Origin: an uncultured Ruminococcus sp.
GTDB lineage: Bacteria > Bacillota > Clostridia > Oscillospirales > Ruminococcaceae
Length of the DNA: 64,000 nucleotides
Direction: 5' to 3'
Assembly: GCA_947627175.1 (NCBI GenBank)
Contig: CANQVA010000007.1
Location: forward strand, 1,050 to 65,049
The position numbers and the translations under genes are program-made. Of this stretch, positions 17,382-27,351 are shown piece by piece. Under the pieces are notes generated by a model. It had not been told where the DNA came from, ran no database searches, and saw only the letters and a list, made by a program, of their open reading frames with translations. How positions within the stretch are numbered: the stretch's first letter is position 1; every line of letters starts with the position of its first letter.

Positions 17382-18343
17382 TTGAGTATTCCTCCGAAAA
17401 CCGTCATTCTGAAAATTATTCCCAATAAAAGCACTATCACTGACGACATATACATAAGTTTATTTACACGTCGTATATCTTCATTTTCAATCTTTCTCAC
17501 ATCGTCGCCTATGAATTGTTTTTTATGGAGTTCACCGAAATAATAAGCATCGCCTGCAAGCTGTACATTCAATGCACCTGCACATACAGATTCTGTCTGT
17601 GCTGAATTTGGGCTTGCGTGATTTCGTCTGTCACGTTTCCATATTCTGTATGCATTTTTTCCGTCAAATCCTAATATATAGGCTGAAAAAATCATGACAA
17701 CAGCCGTTATTCTTGACGGCAAAAAATTAGCAACATCGTCCAGCTTAGCGGAAAAACGCCCTATATCCGCATATTTTTCATTTTTATATCCAATCATTGA
17801 ATCCATTGTGTTTACTGATTTGTAGAAAAATCCGCCAATTGCTCCGAAAAGTGACATATACATAACAGGTGCGGTTACGCCGTCGCAAGTATTTTCCGCA
17901 ACAGTTTCAACAGTTGCCTTTATAATGCCTTTTTTATCAAGTACATCTGTATCACGTCCCACTATCATTGAAACAGCATATCTTGCCTTTTCAGTATCTC
18001 CCTCACTTACAGCATTGAAAACTTTCATACTTTCCGTTTTAAGGCACTTCGGGGCAATCATATAATAACACATTATCCCTTCAATGATAACGCCGATATT
18101 GAATTTATAACAGAAAATCAGAATTATAAGCGGTATTCCTACTGAAAACAAAATGACCGTCATTGCAAGAATTATTCCGCCTAAACGCAGTTTATTCGGC
18201 ATTGATTTTCTGATATTTTTCTCCATAAATGAAATAAGTCTGCCTATTGCCCTTATAGGGTGCGGGAGTTTATAAGGGTCGCCGAGCAGGCAGTCAATTA
18301 AAAAACCGATAACAAGCGGTGCAGTTAAAATAATACTCTTCAT
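17378..18343 (-). CDS. cbiB: adenosylcobinamide-phosphate synthase
   Basis: LLGDPYKLPHPIRAIGRLI signature. Membrane protein of 321 aa. Confidence 0.9.
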   Translation of the reverse strand: MKSIILTAPLVIGFLIDCLLGDPYKLPHPIRAIGRLISFMEKNIRKSMPNKLRLGGIILAMTVILFSVGIPLIILIFCYKFNIGVIIEGIMCYYMIAPKCLKTESMKVFNAVSEGDTEKARYAVSMIVGRDTDVLDKKGIIKATVETVAENTCDGVTAPVMYMSLFGAIGGFFYKSVNTMDSMIGYKNEKYADIGRFSAKLDDVANFLPSRITAVVMIFSAYILGFDGKNAYRIWKRDRRNHASPNSAQTESVCAGALNVQLAGDAYYFGELHKKQFIGDDVRKIENEDIRRVNKLMYMSSVIVLLLGIIFRMTVFGGILK

Positions 18344-18897
18344 ATTTCCTCCGATATGGTTATTTTTCTGTCACTGTATTCAGTGACAAAACCATGACCG
18401 TTTTTTACCTGCCAATCATAATAATTTCTATGTGGAATTGCAAATTTTTCCATTATTGACATAATTGTTCCGCCATGAACAACAAATGAAAGTTTTTTGT
18501 CACTGTATTTTCTGACCGTCTTAATAAAAATATCAATGCACCTTTTACGAAAGTCATGCGGATTTTCACCATAAGGAAAAGTATCTATGCCGTTGCTATC
18601 AATCCATTTCTGATAGTCGGGATTTTCTGAAAGTTCAATATAATTTTTCCCCTCAAAGTTACCAAAATCACATTCACGCAAATCGTCGCATATAATAATT
18701 TTTTTATCAGGATATATAATTTCTGTCGTCTGAATACAACGTTTCATTGGACTTGAAATTACTATATCACAGTCAGGATATTTATTGTTTTTTATTTCTT
18801 CTTTTCCCTCTGTACACAATTGCTCATCAGTTCTGCCTATGTACCTTTTTTCAATATTTCCTACTGTTTTTCCGTGACGTATAAAATTTATAATCAT
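18340..18897 (-). CDS. cobC: histidine-phosphatase family, alpha-ribazole phosphatase
   Basis: FIRHGKTVGN (RHG motif) and HGG later in the protein. ATGA start/stop overlap with the upstream gene at 18894-18897. Confidence 0.75.
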   Translation of the reverse strand: MIINFIRHGKTVGNIEKRYIGRTDEQLCTEGKEEIKNNKYPDCDIVISSPMKRCIQTTEIIYPDKKIIICDDLRECDFGNFEGKNYIELSENPDYQKWIDSNGIDTFPYGENPHDFRKRCIDIFIKTVRKYSDKKLSFVVHGGTIMSIMEKFAIPHRNYYDWQVKNGHGFVTEYSDRKITISEEI

Positions 18898-19280
18898 ACA
18901 TTTTTCCCCTTTATATACGTCCCTATTCCGCATATTACCCTTACAACACTACAAGAATTTTCCGCAATGATACAACCGCACTTTCCGCACATCTCACGCC
19001 ATATTCTTTCACCCTTTTCAATGGGAATTATTCCACAGCCGACTTCATTCATAATAACAGTAATATCATCGTTTTCTGAACATAGTCTGACAGTAAATTC
19101 AACAGGGTCAATATTTTCGTCCATTAACCTCCTGATAAGAATATGATAATTCTTTATACACTTTGTTGTAAAGACTTCTGATATATTACATTTTTCACCG
19201 TCTTTAATTTCTGATATGCCAAATTCTGAAACGGCAAATTTCGTTTTTCCCTGATAAACTCCCCCGATAATCATTTTCAT
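18894..19280 (-). CDS. short CobU-like paralog lacking the guanylyl-histidine segment
   Basis: IIGGVYQGKT P-loop. The C-terminus VIMNEVGCGIIPIEKGERIWREMCGKCGCIIAENSCSVVRVICGI aligns with VIVTNEVGNDGISYEKGTEEYIACMGKINRKIAEAAENVIECVYGI of the full CobU at 20044-20565. GGGAGGTG RBS before ATG 19280. Confidence 0.65.
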   Translation of the reverse strand: MKMIIGGVYQGKTKFAVSEFGISEIKDGEKCNISEVFTTKCIKNYHILIRRLMDENIDPVEFTVRLCSENDDITVIMNEVGCGIIPIEKGERIWREMCGKCGCIIAENSCSVVRVICGIGTYIKGKNV

Positions 19281-20053
19281 TTTATAAGCACCTCCCATAA
19301 GCAAGCGGAAATTACAGCCGAAGCAAGTACAGATATTTCACACACCTGCAAAAACCAACCGCAAATATCCCCCGTAATTCCGCCGAAAGTCTTGTAAGAA
19401 AATTTTCTGTAGTAAATCATCACACATACAGCTGTAATTATACTTATAGTCCCTGAAAAACAGTCAGACAGAATCATTCCCGAAAAACACATCATAATAA
19501 AAAATACCATTACAGCCATAATTATTTTTTTGTGAGCAGGTTTCACAAAGTTTTTAAGACTGCTTTCCGATTTTGCAGGTTTAAAAAAAATTGCCGAAAG
19601 TCCGCTCATAGACCTTGAAAGCACAAAACCACAAGCAACAATAAAAGCTGTTTTCCATTTATCCAATTGCGAAAACAACGCAGTCTGAATAATAAAATAC
19701 ATACACAGATGAATTACTGCAAATGCTCCTATATGTGAATCTTTCATTATGGAAAGACGTTTTTCAATATCTACGTATGATGACTTTGCATCAGTAACAT
19801 CACAGAAACCGTCAATATGAATACCGCCCGTTACAATAACCGGTATCATCGTCGAGCCTGCTCCAAACAGAAAAGAATTGATATTCAATTTTATACATAT
19901 AAACCGCCAAAGCAGAAAAATTCCCCCGATAACTGCACCTATCAGCGGAAAAAAACAAAGGGCATAACGCCTGTTTTCCTCTTTCCATTCAACACGTGGC
20001 ATTGGTATGCGTGAATACATAAGAAATGCAGAAAAAAATGATTTCAATAACAT
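19277..20053 (-). CDS. cobS: adenosylcobinamide-GDP ribazoletransferase (cobalamin synthase)
   Basis: Polytopic membrane protein with FLMYSRIPMP near the N-terminus. The start at 20053 (MLLKSFF) overlaps the cobU stop. Confidence 0.85.
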   Translation of the reverse strand: MLLKSFFSAFLMYSRIPMPRVEWKEENRRYALCFFPLIGAVIGGIFLLWRFICIKLNINSFLFGAGSTMIPVIVTGGIHIDGFCDVTDAKSSYVDIEKRLSIMKDSHIGAFAVIHLCMYFIIQTALFSQLDKWKTAFIVACGFVLSRSMSGLSAIFFKPAKSESSLKNFVKPAHKKIIMAVMVFFIMMCFSGMILSDCFSGTISIITAVCVMIYYRKFSYKTFGGITGDICGWFLQVCEISVLASAVISACLWEVLIK

Positions 20054-20565
20054 AATTCTCCTTTCAGAACAAAAGGTATTCCATAAACACATTCTATGAC
20101 ATTTTCAGCGGCTTCAGCAATTTTTCTGTTTATTTTACCCATACAGGCAATATATTCTTCCGTTCCTTTTTCATAGGAAATACCGTCGTTTCCAACCTCA
20201 TTCGTGACTATAACAAGATGTTCTGCAATGCTGTCAAGATATTTAATATCTCTTATAATTTTTTCTGTAGGATTTATTATTCTGCCGTCAACAAACATCT
20301 CATTTGCACATAGATTTCCCATACATTCAAGCAAAACAACACACTTTTCAGGTAGAGTTATTTCACTCAGATTATTATATTTTCCTATTGTTTTAAAACC
20401 CTTTCCTTTACGCATTTCACGATGTCTTTCAATCGCCTGAAAAGCCTCATCACCGTATGGCTTCATAGTTGCAATGTAGAATTTTTTCCCCGAAAAACCG
20501 CATATTATCCTTTCAGCAAGTGAGGATTTCCCACATTTTGAACCGCCTGTTATAAGTGTAATCAT
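20044..20565 (-). CDS. cobU: adenosylcobinamide kinase / adenosylcobinamide-phosphate guanylyltransferase
   Basis: ITGGSKCGKSSLAE P-loop, IERHREMR His segment, TNEVG motif. 173 aa. Confidence 0.9.
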   Translation of the reverse strand: MITLITGGSKCGKSSLAERIICGFSGKKFYIATMKPYGDEAFQAIERHREMRKGKGFKTIGKYNNLSEITLPEKCVVLLECMGNLCANEMFVDGRIINPTEKIIRDIKYLDSIAEHLVIVTNEVGNDGISYEKGTEEYIACMGKINRKIAEAAENVIECVYGIPFVLKGELCY

Positions 20566-21611
20566 TTAAGTTCAACATACCTTTCCATGCCGATTTCGTC
20601 AAACCTATGGGCATTTCTGTAAAGTGAAACAGCACCGTCCAACAACGGCAACAACATTATACCGCCTGTACCCTCACCAAGACGCAGACCGGCATTTATA
20701 ACTGCTTTAAGCCCCATAGATTCAAGGAGTTTTATATCGGCAGGTTCGTCCGAAACGTGTCCGGCAAGCATATATTCAACACACAAAGCATTCATTCTAT
20801 AAGCAATAAATGCCGCCACCGCAGAAATTACACCGTCTATTATTACAGGAATATTATAAACTGCTCCGCCTAAAAAAAGACCTACCATTCCGGCAATGTC
20901 AAATCCGCCGACTTTTGCAAGAACTTCAAGCGGATTATCTTTGTCAGGACGATTAAACGCAATAGCACGTTTTATTGCAGAAATCTTTCTTTCAAGTCCG
21001 TCAGTTGTAAGACCTGCTCCACGTCCTGTTACTTCCTCAACGGGCATATTAAGAAGTACCGACGAAACTGCACTTGACGTTGTAGTATTTCCTATACCCA
21101 TTTCACCGGCAACAATAATTTTGAATCCCTTATTTTTCAGGTCTTGCACAATGTCAATTCCTGTACAGATTGCTTTTTCTGCCTGATTTATAGTCATTGC
21201 AGGTGAAACAGTTATATTATTTGTACCATAAGCAATTTTTCTGTTTATAATATTTCTGTTTTCTATATCGTGATTTATTCCTATATCAATTGATATAACG
21301 TCTGCACTGTAAACGTCTGCAAGGGCATTTATATTAGAATGTCCCTCTGCAATTGATACAGCACTTAACGCTGTAATTTCACTTCCCGTCTGCGTAACGC
21401 CCTCACATACAACGCCGTTGTCTGCACACATTATTACAACTGCTCTTTTTGAAATATCAATGTCATAAGTTCTCTGAACAGATGCTATTTTCTGAATAAA
21501 TTCCTCCAGCATTCCGAAACTTCCGAGAGGTTTTGCAATGCTGTCCCACTGTTTTTTTGCCGAAACCGCTGACAATTTGTCAGTCGGTTTTATTCTGCTT
21601 ATTCTATACAT
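20562..21611 (-). CDS. cobT: nicotinate-nucleotide--dimethylbenzimidazole phosphoribosyltransferase
   Basis: GEMGIGNTT motif, 349 aa, cluster context. Confidence 0.9.
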   Translation of the reverse strand: MYRISRIKPTDKLSAVSAKKQWDSIAKPLGSFGMLEEFIQKIASVQRTYDIDISKRAVVIMCADNGVVCEGVTQTGSEITALSAVSIAEGHSNINALADVYSADVISIDIGINHDIENRNIINRKIAYGTNNITVSPAMTINQAEKAICTGIDIVQDLKNKGFKIIVAGEMGIGNTTTSSAVSSVLLNMPVEEVTGRGAGLTTDGLERKISAIKRAIAFNRPDKDNPLEVLAKVGGFDIAGMVGLFLGGAVYNIPVIIDGVISAVAAFIAYRMNALCVEYMLAGHVSDEPADIKLLESMGLKAVINAGLRLGEGTGGIMLLPLLDGAVSLYRNAHRFDEIGMERYVELK

Positions 21612-22945
21612 TTTTTTCCTCCGTATTCAGCACAAGCACGTGCAAAACGTTCTGCAATTTCAATGTCTGTATAAAAATAAATGTGCGGAAAACCTGCATA
21701 CATTTTTTCACTGCATTTACAGCATTTCCATGACCTGCCGTCATGTTTTACAGCGGTAAGACTTTTTCCGCAGTCTGTACTGTCCCAATAATGAAACTCA
21801 TGTGCATTTATTCTGTTGCCCTTTTTAAAAAGCAGACTGTCATTTTCAGAATTAAGAGTAACATAACCGAACCGCTGAAGTCTGTCTGTTCTGTAAACAT
21901 ATGATTCAAAAATCCCTGCCATATTATAAATTTCATTATTTTTCTCTATGTATTTATGAAGATACATAAATCCGCCACATTCCGCAATTATCGGAATACC
22001 GCCATTTATAAGTGTTTTTACAGACTCACGCATTGAAACGTTGTCCGAAAGTTGTTCGGCATAAAGTTCCGGATAGCCTCCACACAGAATAAGTCCGTCC
22101 GCACATTCGGGAACACGTTCGTCAGCAAGAGGAGAAAAATATATTATTTTACAGCCGATTTTTTCAAGCAGTTCAATGTTATCCTTATATAAAAAACAAA
22201 AAGCCTTGTCCTTTGCCACTGCCACAACAGGCGGACTGTCTGATATTTTTTTAATATCAATCTCTGAAAATTCCGGAAATTTCCTTTCAGAACAATTTAT
22301 AATTCTGTCAAGCAGAATATTTTTTTCCGCAAGTTCTCCTAAAAATTTAATTCTGTCCTTTATATCTGAAATTTCGTCAGCCGTCACAAGTCCGAGGTGA
22401 CGGCTTTCAACTGTGTATTTATGAACAGGCAGAAAACCGAAATAATTCGTATTAAATTCACTACATATTTTCTTTGCAGACGGAACAAGCTTTTCAGTAA
22501 GTCTGTTGAAAATAACTCCACATATATTATTAGGCACTCTGTACGTAAGAAAACCTTTTATTACTGCACCTATAGAATCACTCATACCCTTACAGTCAAC
22601 AATAAGAATAACATTTGTATCAGTAATTTCAGAAACTGAATAAGCCGAGCCTTTGCCGTCTACTCCGTCATAAAAGCCCATAACCCCCTCAATTACTGAA
22701 ATATCACTGTCTTTGCCGTTTTCATAAAGTATATATTTGATTGTATTTTCATCACAAAAAAAAGTGTCAAGATTATGTGAATCAGTTCCTGTTATTTTCT
22801 CATAGAACATAGGGTCTATATAATCAGCACCGCACTTGAAAGATGATACTTTCATTCCACGTCTGCACAATGCCTCCATAATCGCACAGGTTATTGTAGT
22901 TTTTCCGCAGCCACTCCCCGTTCCCGCAATTATTATTCTCTTCAT
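21599..22945 (-). CDS. cbiA: cobyrinate a,c-diamide synthase
   Basis: IIAGTGSGCGKTT P-loop and a C-terminal glutamine amidotransferase (ECGGFMYL). Confidence 0.9.
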   Translation of the reverse strand: MKRIIIAGTGSGCGKTTITCAIMEALCRRGMKVSSFKCGADYIDPMFYEKITGTDSHNLDTFFCDENTIKYILYENGKDSDISVIEGVMGFYDGVDGKGSAYSVSEITDTNVILIVDCKGMSDSIGAVIKGFLTYRVPNNICGVIFNRLTEKLVPSAKKICSEFNTNYFGFLPVHKYTVESRHLGLVTADEISDIKDRIKFLGELAEKNILLDRIINCSERKFPEFSEIDIKKISDSPPVVAVAKDKAFCFLYKDNIELLEKIGCKIIYFSPLADERVPECADGLILCGGYPELYAEQLSDNVSMRESVKTLINGGIPIIAECGGFMYLHKYIEKNNEIYNMAGIFESYVYRTDRLQRFGYVTLNSENDSLLFKKGNRINAHEFHYWDSTDCGKSLTAVKHDGRSWKCCKCSEKMYAGFPHIYFYTDIEIAERFARACAEYGGKKCIE

Positions 22946-24114
22946 TTTATTTTCCTCTTTATCACAAACACCGGATTTTCTGCCGAAAACATAGTATGAC
23001 TACCGGCTTTCCGTGTTCTTGTAATGGCAATTTGAATAATTTCAGCATCAAAAACATTCATACACTCATTAAGCGTTTCAAGTGAAACAGCCGTTGCAAC
23101 TATTTCGGCATACGGATTCAATCCGATAACATATTTTACTATATCCGCAATTTTTCCTGACGAACCACCTATGAAAACACAGTCCGGAACAGAAATATCT
23201 TTCGGAATATCATAAGGAAACGCACTGCCATACACATGGATATTGTCACAACTGAATTTTAAAGCGTTTTCAGTAGTAAGTTTCACGGCTTCTGAATTTT
23301 TGTCAAATGCATAAACACAACCTTCCGAACACTTCAACGCCATTTCAATCGATACCGAACCGGTACCGCAACCAATATCCCAGCAGATACTCTTTTTTCC
23401 GATATTAAGCCGTGAAACAACAACAGCACGAACTTCTGCTTTTGTCATCGGAATTTTAGTTCTTATAAAATCCCTATCATCAATCCCTGACGGAATAATA
23501 TAATTTTTATTTTCGGCAATGACCGCACATAAATTTTCTGTCTTGACGTTTTTCAAATTTTCTGCCGTTCCTGATATAATGCGTTCATTTTCATAACCGA
23601 GATTTTCACCGATAAAAATATTGACTTCACTCAGACCATACCGACAAAGTGTTTCACATATTACAGCAGGTGTAATTTTTCCTCCGAGAAGAAAAAAACA
23701 CATTTCGTTCTGCATGACATTTACGGCAATATTTCCGTTTTTTCCGTGTAGACTGACAAATTTCATATTTTCCCACTGTCTGCCAATCTTTGAACATAAA
23801 TAGACAGGTGTTGAAATTCCGCTGATAATTTCACAGTCTGTACAATATTCGGAAAGTTTTTTTGCTCCGCTGTAAAATCCGCAATCTCCCGACATTAAAA
23901 CCGCAATTTTATCACGTCCGCAGTTATTTATATAATCTTTTATTTTTTCTGCTGAATATTCACAAAACATATCTTTGTGAAGATGTTCAAACGGTTCAAG
24001 CATACGTTCTGCACCAATAAGAACATCAGCCGAATTTATAATTTCATATGCTTCACGGGTAATCGTTTTTATACCGTCCATACCCGTCCCGACTATGTAA
24101 ACCATTTCAATCAC
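22942..24114 (-). CDS. cbiET: fused cobalt-precorrin-7 C5-methyltransferase / cobalt-precorrin-6B C15-methyltransferase (decarboxylating)
   Basis: N-terminal tetrapyrrole methylase fold (IVGTGMDG) and a C-terminal SAM MTase (WDIGCGTGSVSIE). Confidence 0.85.
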   Translation of the reverse strand: MIEMVYIVGTGMDGIKTITREAYEIINSADVLIGAERMLEPFEHLHKDMFCEYSAEKIKDYINNCGRDKIAVLMSGDCGFYSGAKKLSEYCTDCEIISGISTPVYLCSKIGRQWENMKFVSLHGKNGNIAVNVMQNEMCFFLLGGKITPAVICETLCRYGLSEVNIFIGENLGYENERIISGTAENLKNVKTENLCAVIAENKNYIIPSGIDDRDFIRTKIPMTKAEVRAVVVSRLNIGKKSICWDIGCGTGSVSIEMALKCSEGCVYAFDKNSEAVKLTTENALKFSCDNIHVYGSAFPYDIPKDISVPDCVFIGGSSGKIADIVKYVIGLNPYAEIVATAVSLETLNECMNVFDAEIIQIAITRTRKAGSHTMFSAENPVFVIKRKIK

Positions 24115-24853
24115 CTGTTTCCATGATAATATTTTTCACTTCCTCAATGCTGTAACCATTTTCAGCCGGTCTTTTCAGAACAACCAAATCAATTCCGCAT
24201 TTTTTGACTGCTGATACTTTTTCAGGATAACCACCCACTGCACCGCTGTCTTTTGTGACAAGAATTTCCGCACCACTCCGCTTTATATGAGAAATATTTT
24301 CCTCCTCTGTAAAAGGAGGTTTTTGAAATATCAGCCTGTTTTCGTCATAACCAAGATTCACACAAAGTTCCCTGATATTGTCCGACGGCAGTATTCTTGC
24401 CCATATCCTTTTACGGAAATTCCTTACTTCTGTTAGCTTTTCAATTTCTTTACTACCGAGAGTACTTAAAACAATCTTTTCATTTTGATTCAAAATGTCA
24501 ATAATTTCATCCATATTTTCTGCAAAAGTTCCGCATGAAATTTCTGTATTCTCACGGACAAGCCGTATATATTCAACGTCTGCTTCTTCACACGCAAACT
24601 TTATATTTTCTGTTGCTTCAACTGCATAAGGGTGTGTAGCATCAATAACATATCCATATTTATTTTTAATAATTTCTCTCATCTGAATACTGTTCAGCCG
24701 TCCGCTGATTATTTTTATATTTCTGCTTTTCGGCAAAAGTCTTGCACCGTAGTCTGTAGTTACGCATATACTTACAGGTATATTTCTTTTGTCGCAAAAT
24801 TCCGCAAGTTCTCTGCCTTCTGTCGTTCCGCCGAAAATAAGCAATTCAGACAT
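24107..24853 (-). CDS. cbiJ: cobalt-precorrin-6A reductase
   Basis: LIFGGTTEGRELAE N-terminus, 248 aa, cluster position. Confidence 0.85.
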   Translation of the reverse strand: MSELLIFGGTTEGRELAEFCDKRNIPVSICVTTDYGARLLPKSRNIKIISGRLNSIQMREIIKNKYGYVIDATHPYAVEATENIKFACEEADVEYIRLVRENTEISCGTFAENMDEIIDILNQNEKIVLSTLGSKEIEKLTEVRNFRKRIWARILPSDNIRELCVNLGYDENRLIFQKPPFTEEENISHIKRSGAEILVTKDSGAVGGYPEKVSAVKKCGIDLVVLKRPAENGYSIEEVKNIIMETGD

Positions 24854-25571
24854 TTCTGTACCCCCTCGGCGTTACCATTTTCCCGTTTATAACCATTGTT
24901 TCAGCGTTGCCGACAAAAACAGTTGTGAACATATCAACCGAAGTTTCACGTAATCGGTCAAGTGTCAAGATACAGCTTTTCTGCCCGTCCCTGCCTATAT
25001 TCCGTACATATCCGCAGACCGTTTCAGGCGGTTTATATTCAAGCATTATGTCACAGACTTTACGTAGATATTCCGCACGATTTTTTGACGACGGATTATA
25101 CAGAACTATCGTAAAATCAGCCTCAGACGCACAGCGGATTCTCTTAATTATTTTTTCAATGGGAGTAAGCAAATCCGAAAGACTTATAACAGCAAAGTCA
25201 TTTGTAAGAGGTGAACCCAGCACCGCACCACCGCTAATTGCGGAAGTAACTCCGGCAACTATTTCAATATCAATATCGGGGTAATTTTTTGACATTTCAA
25301 TTGCAAGTCCTGCCATGCCGTAAACTCCGCTGTCACCACTGCATACAAGTGAAACTGTTCTGTTTCGTGACTCTTTAAATGCAATTTCAACCCTTTCACA
25401 TTCTTTTTTCATTCCGGTTGATATATATTCCTTTTCCGGAAAAATTTTTTTAATAAGGTCAATATATATAGTATATCCTACAATCAATTCACTTTTTCTT
25501 ATAGCAATTTCCGCCTCTATTGTCATGCCCTCATAATTACCGCCACCGAATCCGACAACATAAAGTTTCAT
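24846..25571 (-). CDS. cbiH: cobalt-factor III / precorrin-3B C17-methyltransferase
   Basis: Tetrapyrrole methylase fold (LYVVGFGGG...SGDSGVYGMA). 241 aa. Confidence 0.85.
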   Translation of the reverse strand: MKLYVVGFGGGNYEGMTIEAEIAIRKSELIVGYTIYIDLIKKIFPEKEYISTGMKKECERVEIAFKESRNRTVSLVCSGDSGVYGMAGLAIEMSKNYPDIDIEIVAGVTSAISGGAVLGSPLTNDFAVISLSDLLTPIEKIIKRIRCASEADFTIVLYNPSSKNRAEYLRKVCDIMLEYKPPETVCGYVRNIGRDGQKSCILTLDRLRETSVDMFTTVFVGNAETMVINGKMVTPRGYRNV

Positions 25572-26602
25572 ATTATTTTCCTTTCAAAATCAATAATAAC
25601 AGGTTTTTCTGCAACGGCAACAGTTACACCACCACCTGCATTCTTCCTCATAACAAGCTGTCCACCACTTAAAATTACTGCACTTCTTTCACATACATTA
25701 TCTGCACCTGTTATTTTCGTAACAAATTCAGATGTTGTAAAATCTCCCTGTACTTTCATAAGTTCGTCAGCTGTAAAGCATTTCAGGACAAAATTATTTT
25801 TTCTGCAATATTCATTAAGCCCTTTTTCACCTGCTTTTATATCAATAGTTGCAACTCCGCAAATTCTGTCCGCAGAAAGTCCCGCAGACAAAAAACTTTC
25901 CGAAATCCTCTTTTCAATCATCTCACATGAAATACCTTTTTTACAGCCTATTCCTATAATCAGATTTTTCGGTATAAGATTAAGTGTTACCGGAAAAGGC
26001 TTTAAATTTTCATTACCTATATATATACCGATACGGCAAGTATTTTCAAAAGTTATTTCTTCAGGAATATTCCGACAATTATAATCACTCACAAGACCGA
26101 TTTTTTCGCCGTCCAGCACTGCCGCCGAAATTTCCTTTGCATTTTTCATATCTGAAATAATCAGATTATTCGCCACGGCAAAAGAATCAGGGGAAAATTT
26201 TCTGCCCATGTCCGTCGCTGTAGTGACAACGGGAACAGCGTTTATTTTTTCGGCTATTATTTCAGAAAGCCTGTTTGCACCGCCGATATGTCCCGAAAGT
26301 ACAGGAATGACAAATTTTCCGCAGTCGTTGATGACAATAACCGCAGGGTCTGAAACTTTTGATACAATATGCGGTGAAATTGCCCTTACAGCAATACCTG
26401 ACGCACATATAAAAACAAGTGCATCAGACTGTGTGAAAATCTTACTTGTAATCTGATAAATGCTGTCAAAAGTTTCAGCTGATTCGTCTGTGTGTTTTCT
26501 GAAACAATACCGTTTTACATTGTGACTATCTTTCAGAAGATATTCAAGTTCAACAGAAAGAATACGTCCGTTTTCTGTGAGGGAAATAACCGAAATATTC
26601 AT
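25568..26602 (-). CDS. cbiG: cobalt-precorrin-5A hydrolase
   Basis: CbiG-like N- and C-domains (LSGHIGGANRL; IGIGCKKG). 344 aa. Confidence 0.85.
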   Translation of the reverse strand: MNISVISLTENGRILSVELEYLLKDSHNVKRYCFRKHTDESAETFDSIYQITSKIFTQSDALVFICASGIAVRAISPHIVSKVSDPAVIVINDCGKFVIPVLSGHIGGANRLSEIIAEKINAVPVVTTATDMGRKFSPDSFAVANNLIISDMKNAKEISAAVLDGEKIGLVSDYNCRNIPEEITFENTCRIGIYIGNENLKPFPVTLNLIPKNLIIGIGCKKGISCEMIEKRISESFLSAGLSADRICGVATIDIKAGEKGLNEYCRKNNFVLKCFTADELMKVQGDFTTSEFVTKITGADNVCERSAVILSGGQLVMRKNAGGGVTVAVAEKPVIIDFERKII

Positions 26603-27351
26603 TTTCTGTACTCCGTTGTGAATGATACGTCATAAAGTTTTGAAAGTGAATAATCGTCACCAAGAAAGTCACCTACAGTTATGAGAGCAGTTTTTTTAAT
26701 ATTATTTACACGTGCAGTTTCGGCAAGTGTCCTGACGGTACAACGCATGACTTTTTCATCTTTCCAGCTTGCTTTATATACTATTGCCGCAGGAGTATTT
26801 TCACTGTATCCGCCTGAAATAAGTTTTTCGGAAAGTTCATCAATCATACCGATACTGAGGAAAATAACCATAGTCGCATGATGTAAAGCAAGTTTTTCTA
26901 TGCTTTCGCTTTCGGGTACAGGTGTACGCCCTGCCATTCGTGTTATAATAACAGTCTGTGAAACGTCGGGTAGAGTATATTCTGCTTTTAAAGCCGCCGC
27001 CGCTCCGCAGAAAGAACTTACCCCTGCACACACTTCATAATTTATTCCCAATTCTGAAAGTGCGTCCATTTGTTCACGTATCGCACCATAAATTGACGGG
27101 TCGCCCGTATGAAGTCTTACTGTATTTTTACTGTTTTTTTCGGCTTTTTCCATAATTGAAATTATTTCATCAAGTGTCATATAAGCACTGTTATATATTT
27201 CGCAGTCAGATTTTGCAAAATCAAGAAGTTCAGGATTCACAAGTGAACCTGCATAAATTATCACGTCTGCCTCTTCAATAAGTCTTTTTCCCCTGAGTGT
27301 TATCATATCAACTGCACCACAGCCTGCTCCTACAAAATTAACCATATTCAT
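26599..27351 (-). CDS. cbiF: cobalt-precorrin-4 C11-methyltransferase
   Basis: VGAGCGAVDMITLRG and HTGDPSIYGA motifs. 250 aa. Confidence 0.9.
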   Translation of the reverse strand: MNMVNFVGAGCGAVDMITLRGKRLIEEADVIIYAGSLVNPELLDFAKSDCEIYNSAYMTLDEIISIMEKAEKNSKNTVRLHTGDPSIYGAIREQMDALSELGINYEVCAGVSSFCGAAAALKAEYTLPDVSQTVIITRMAGRTPVPESESIEKLALHHATMVIFLSIGMIDELSEKLISGGYSENTPAAIVYKASWKDEKVMRCTVRTLAETARVNNIKKTALITVGDFLGDDYSLSKLYDVSFTTEYRK

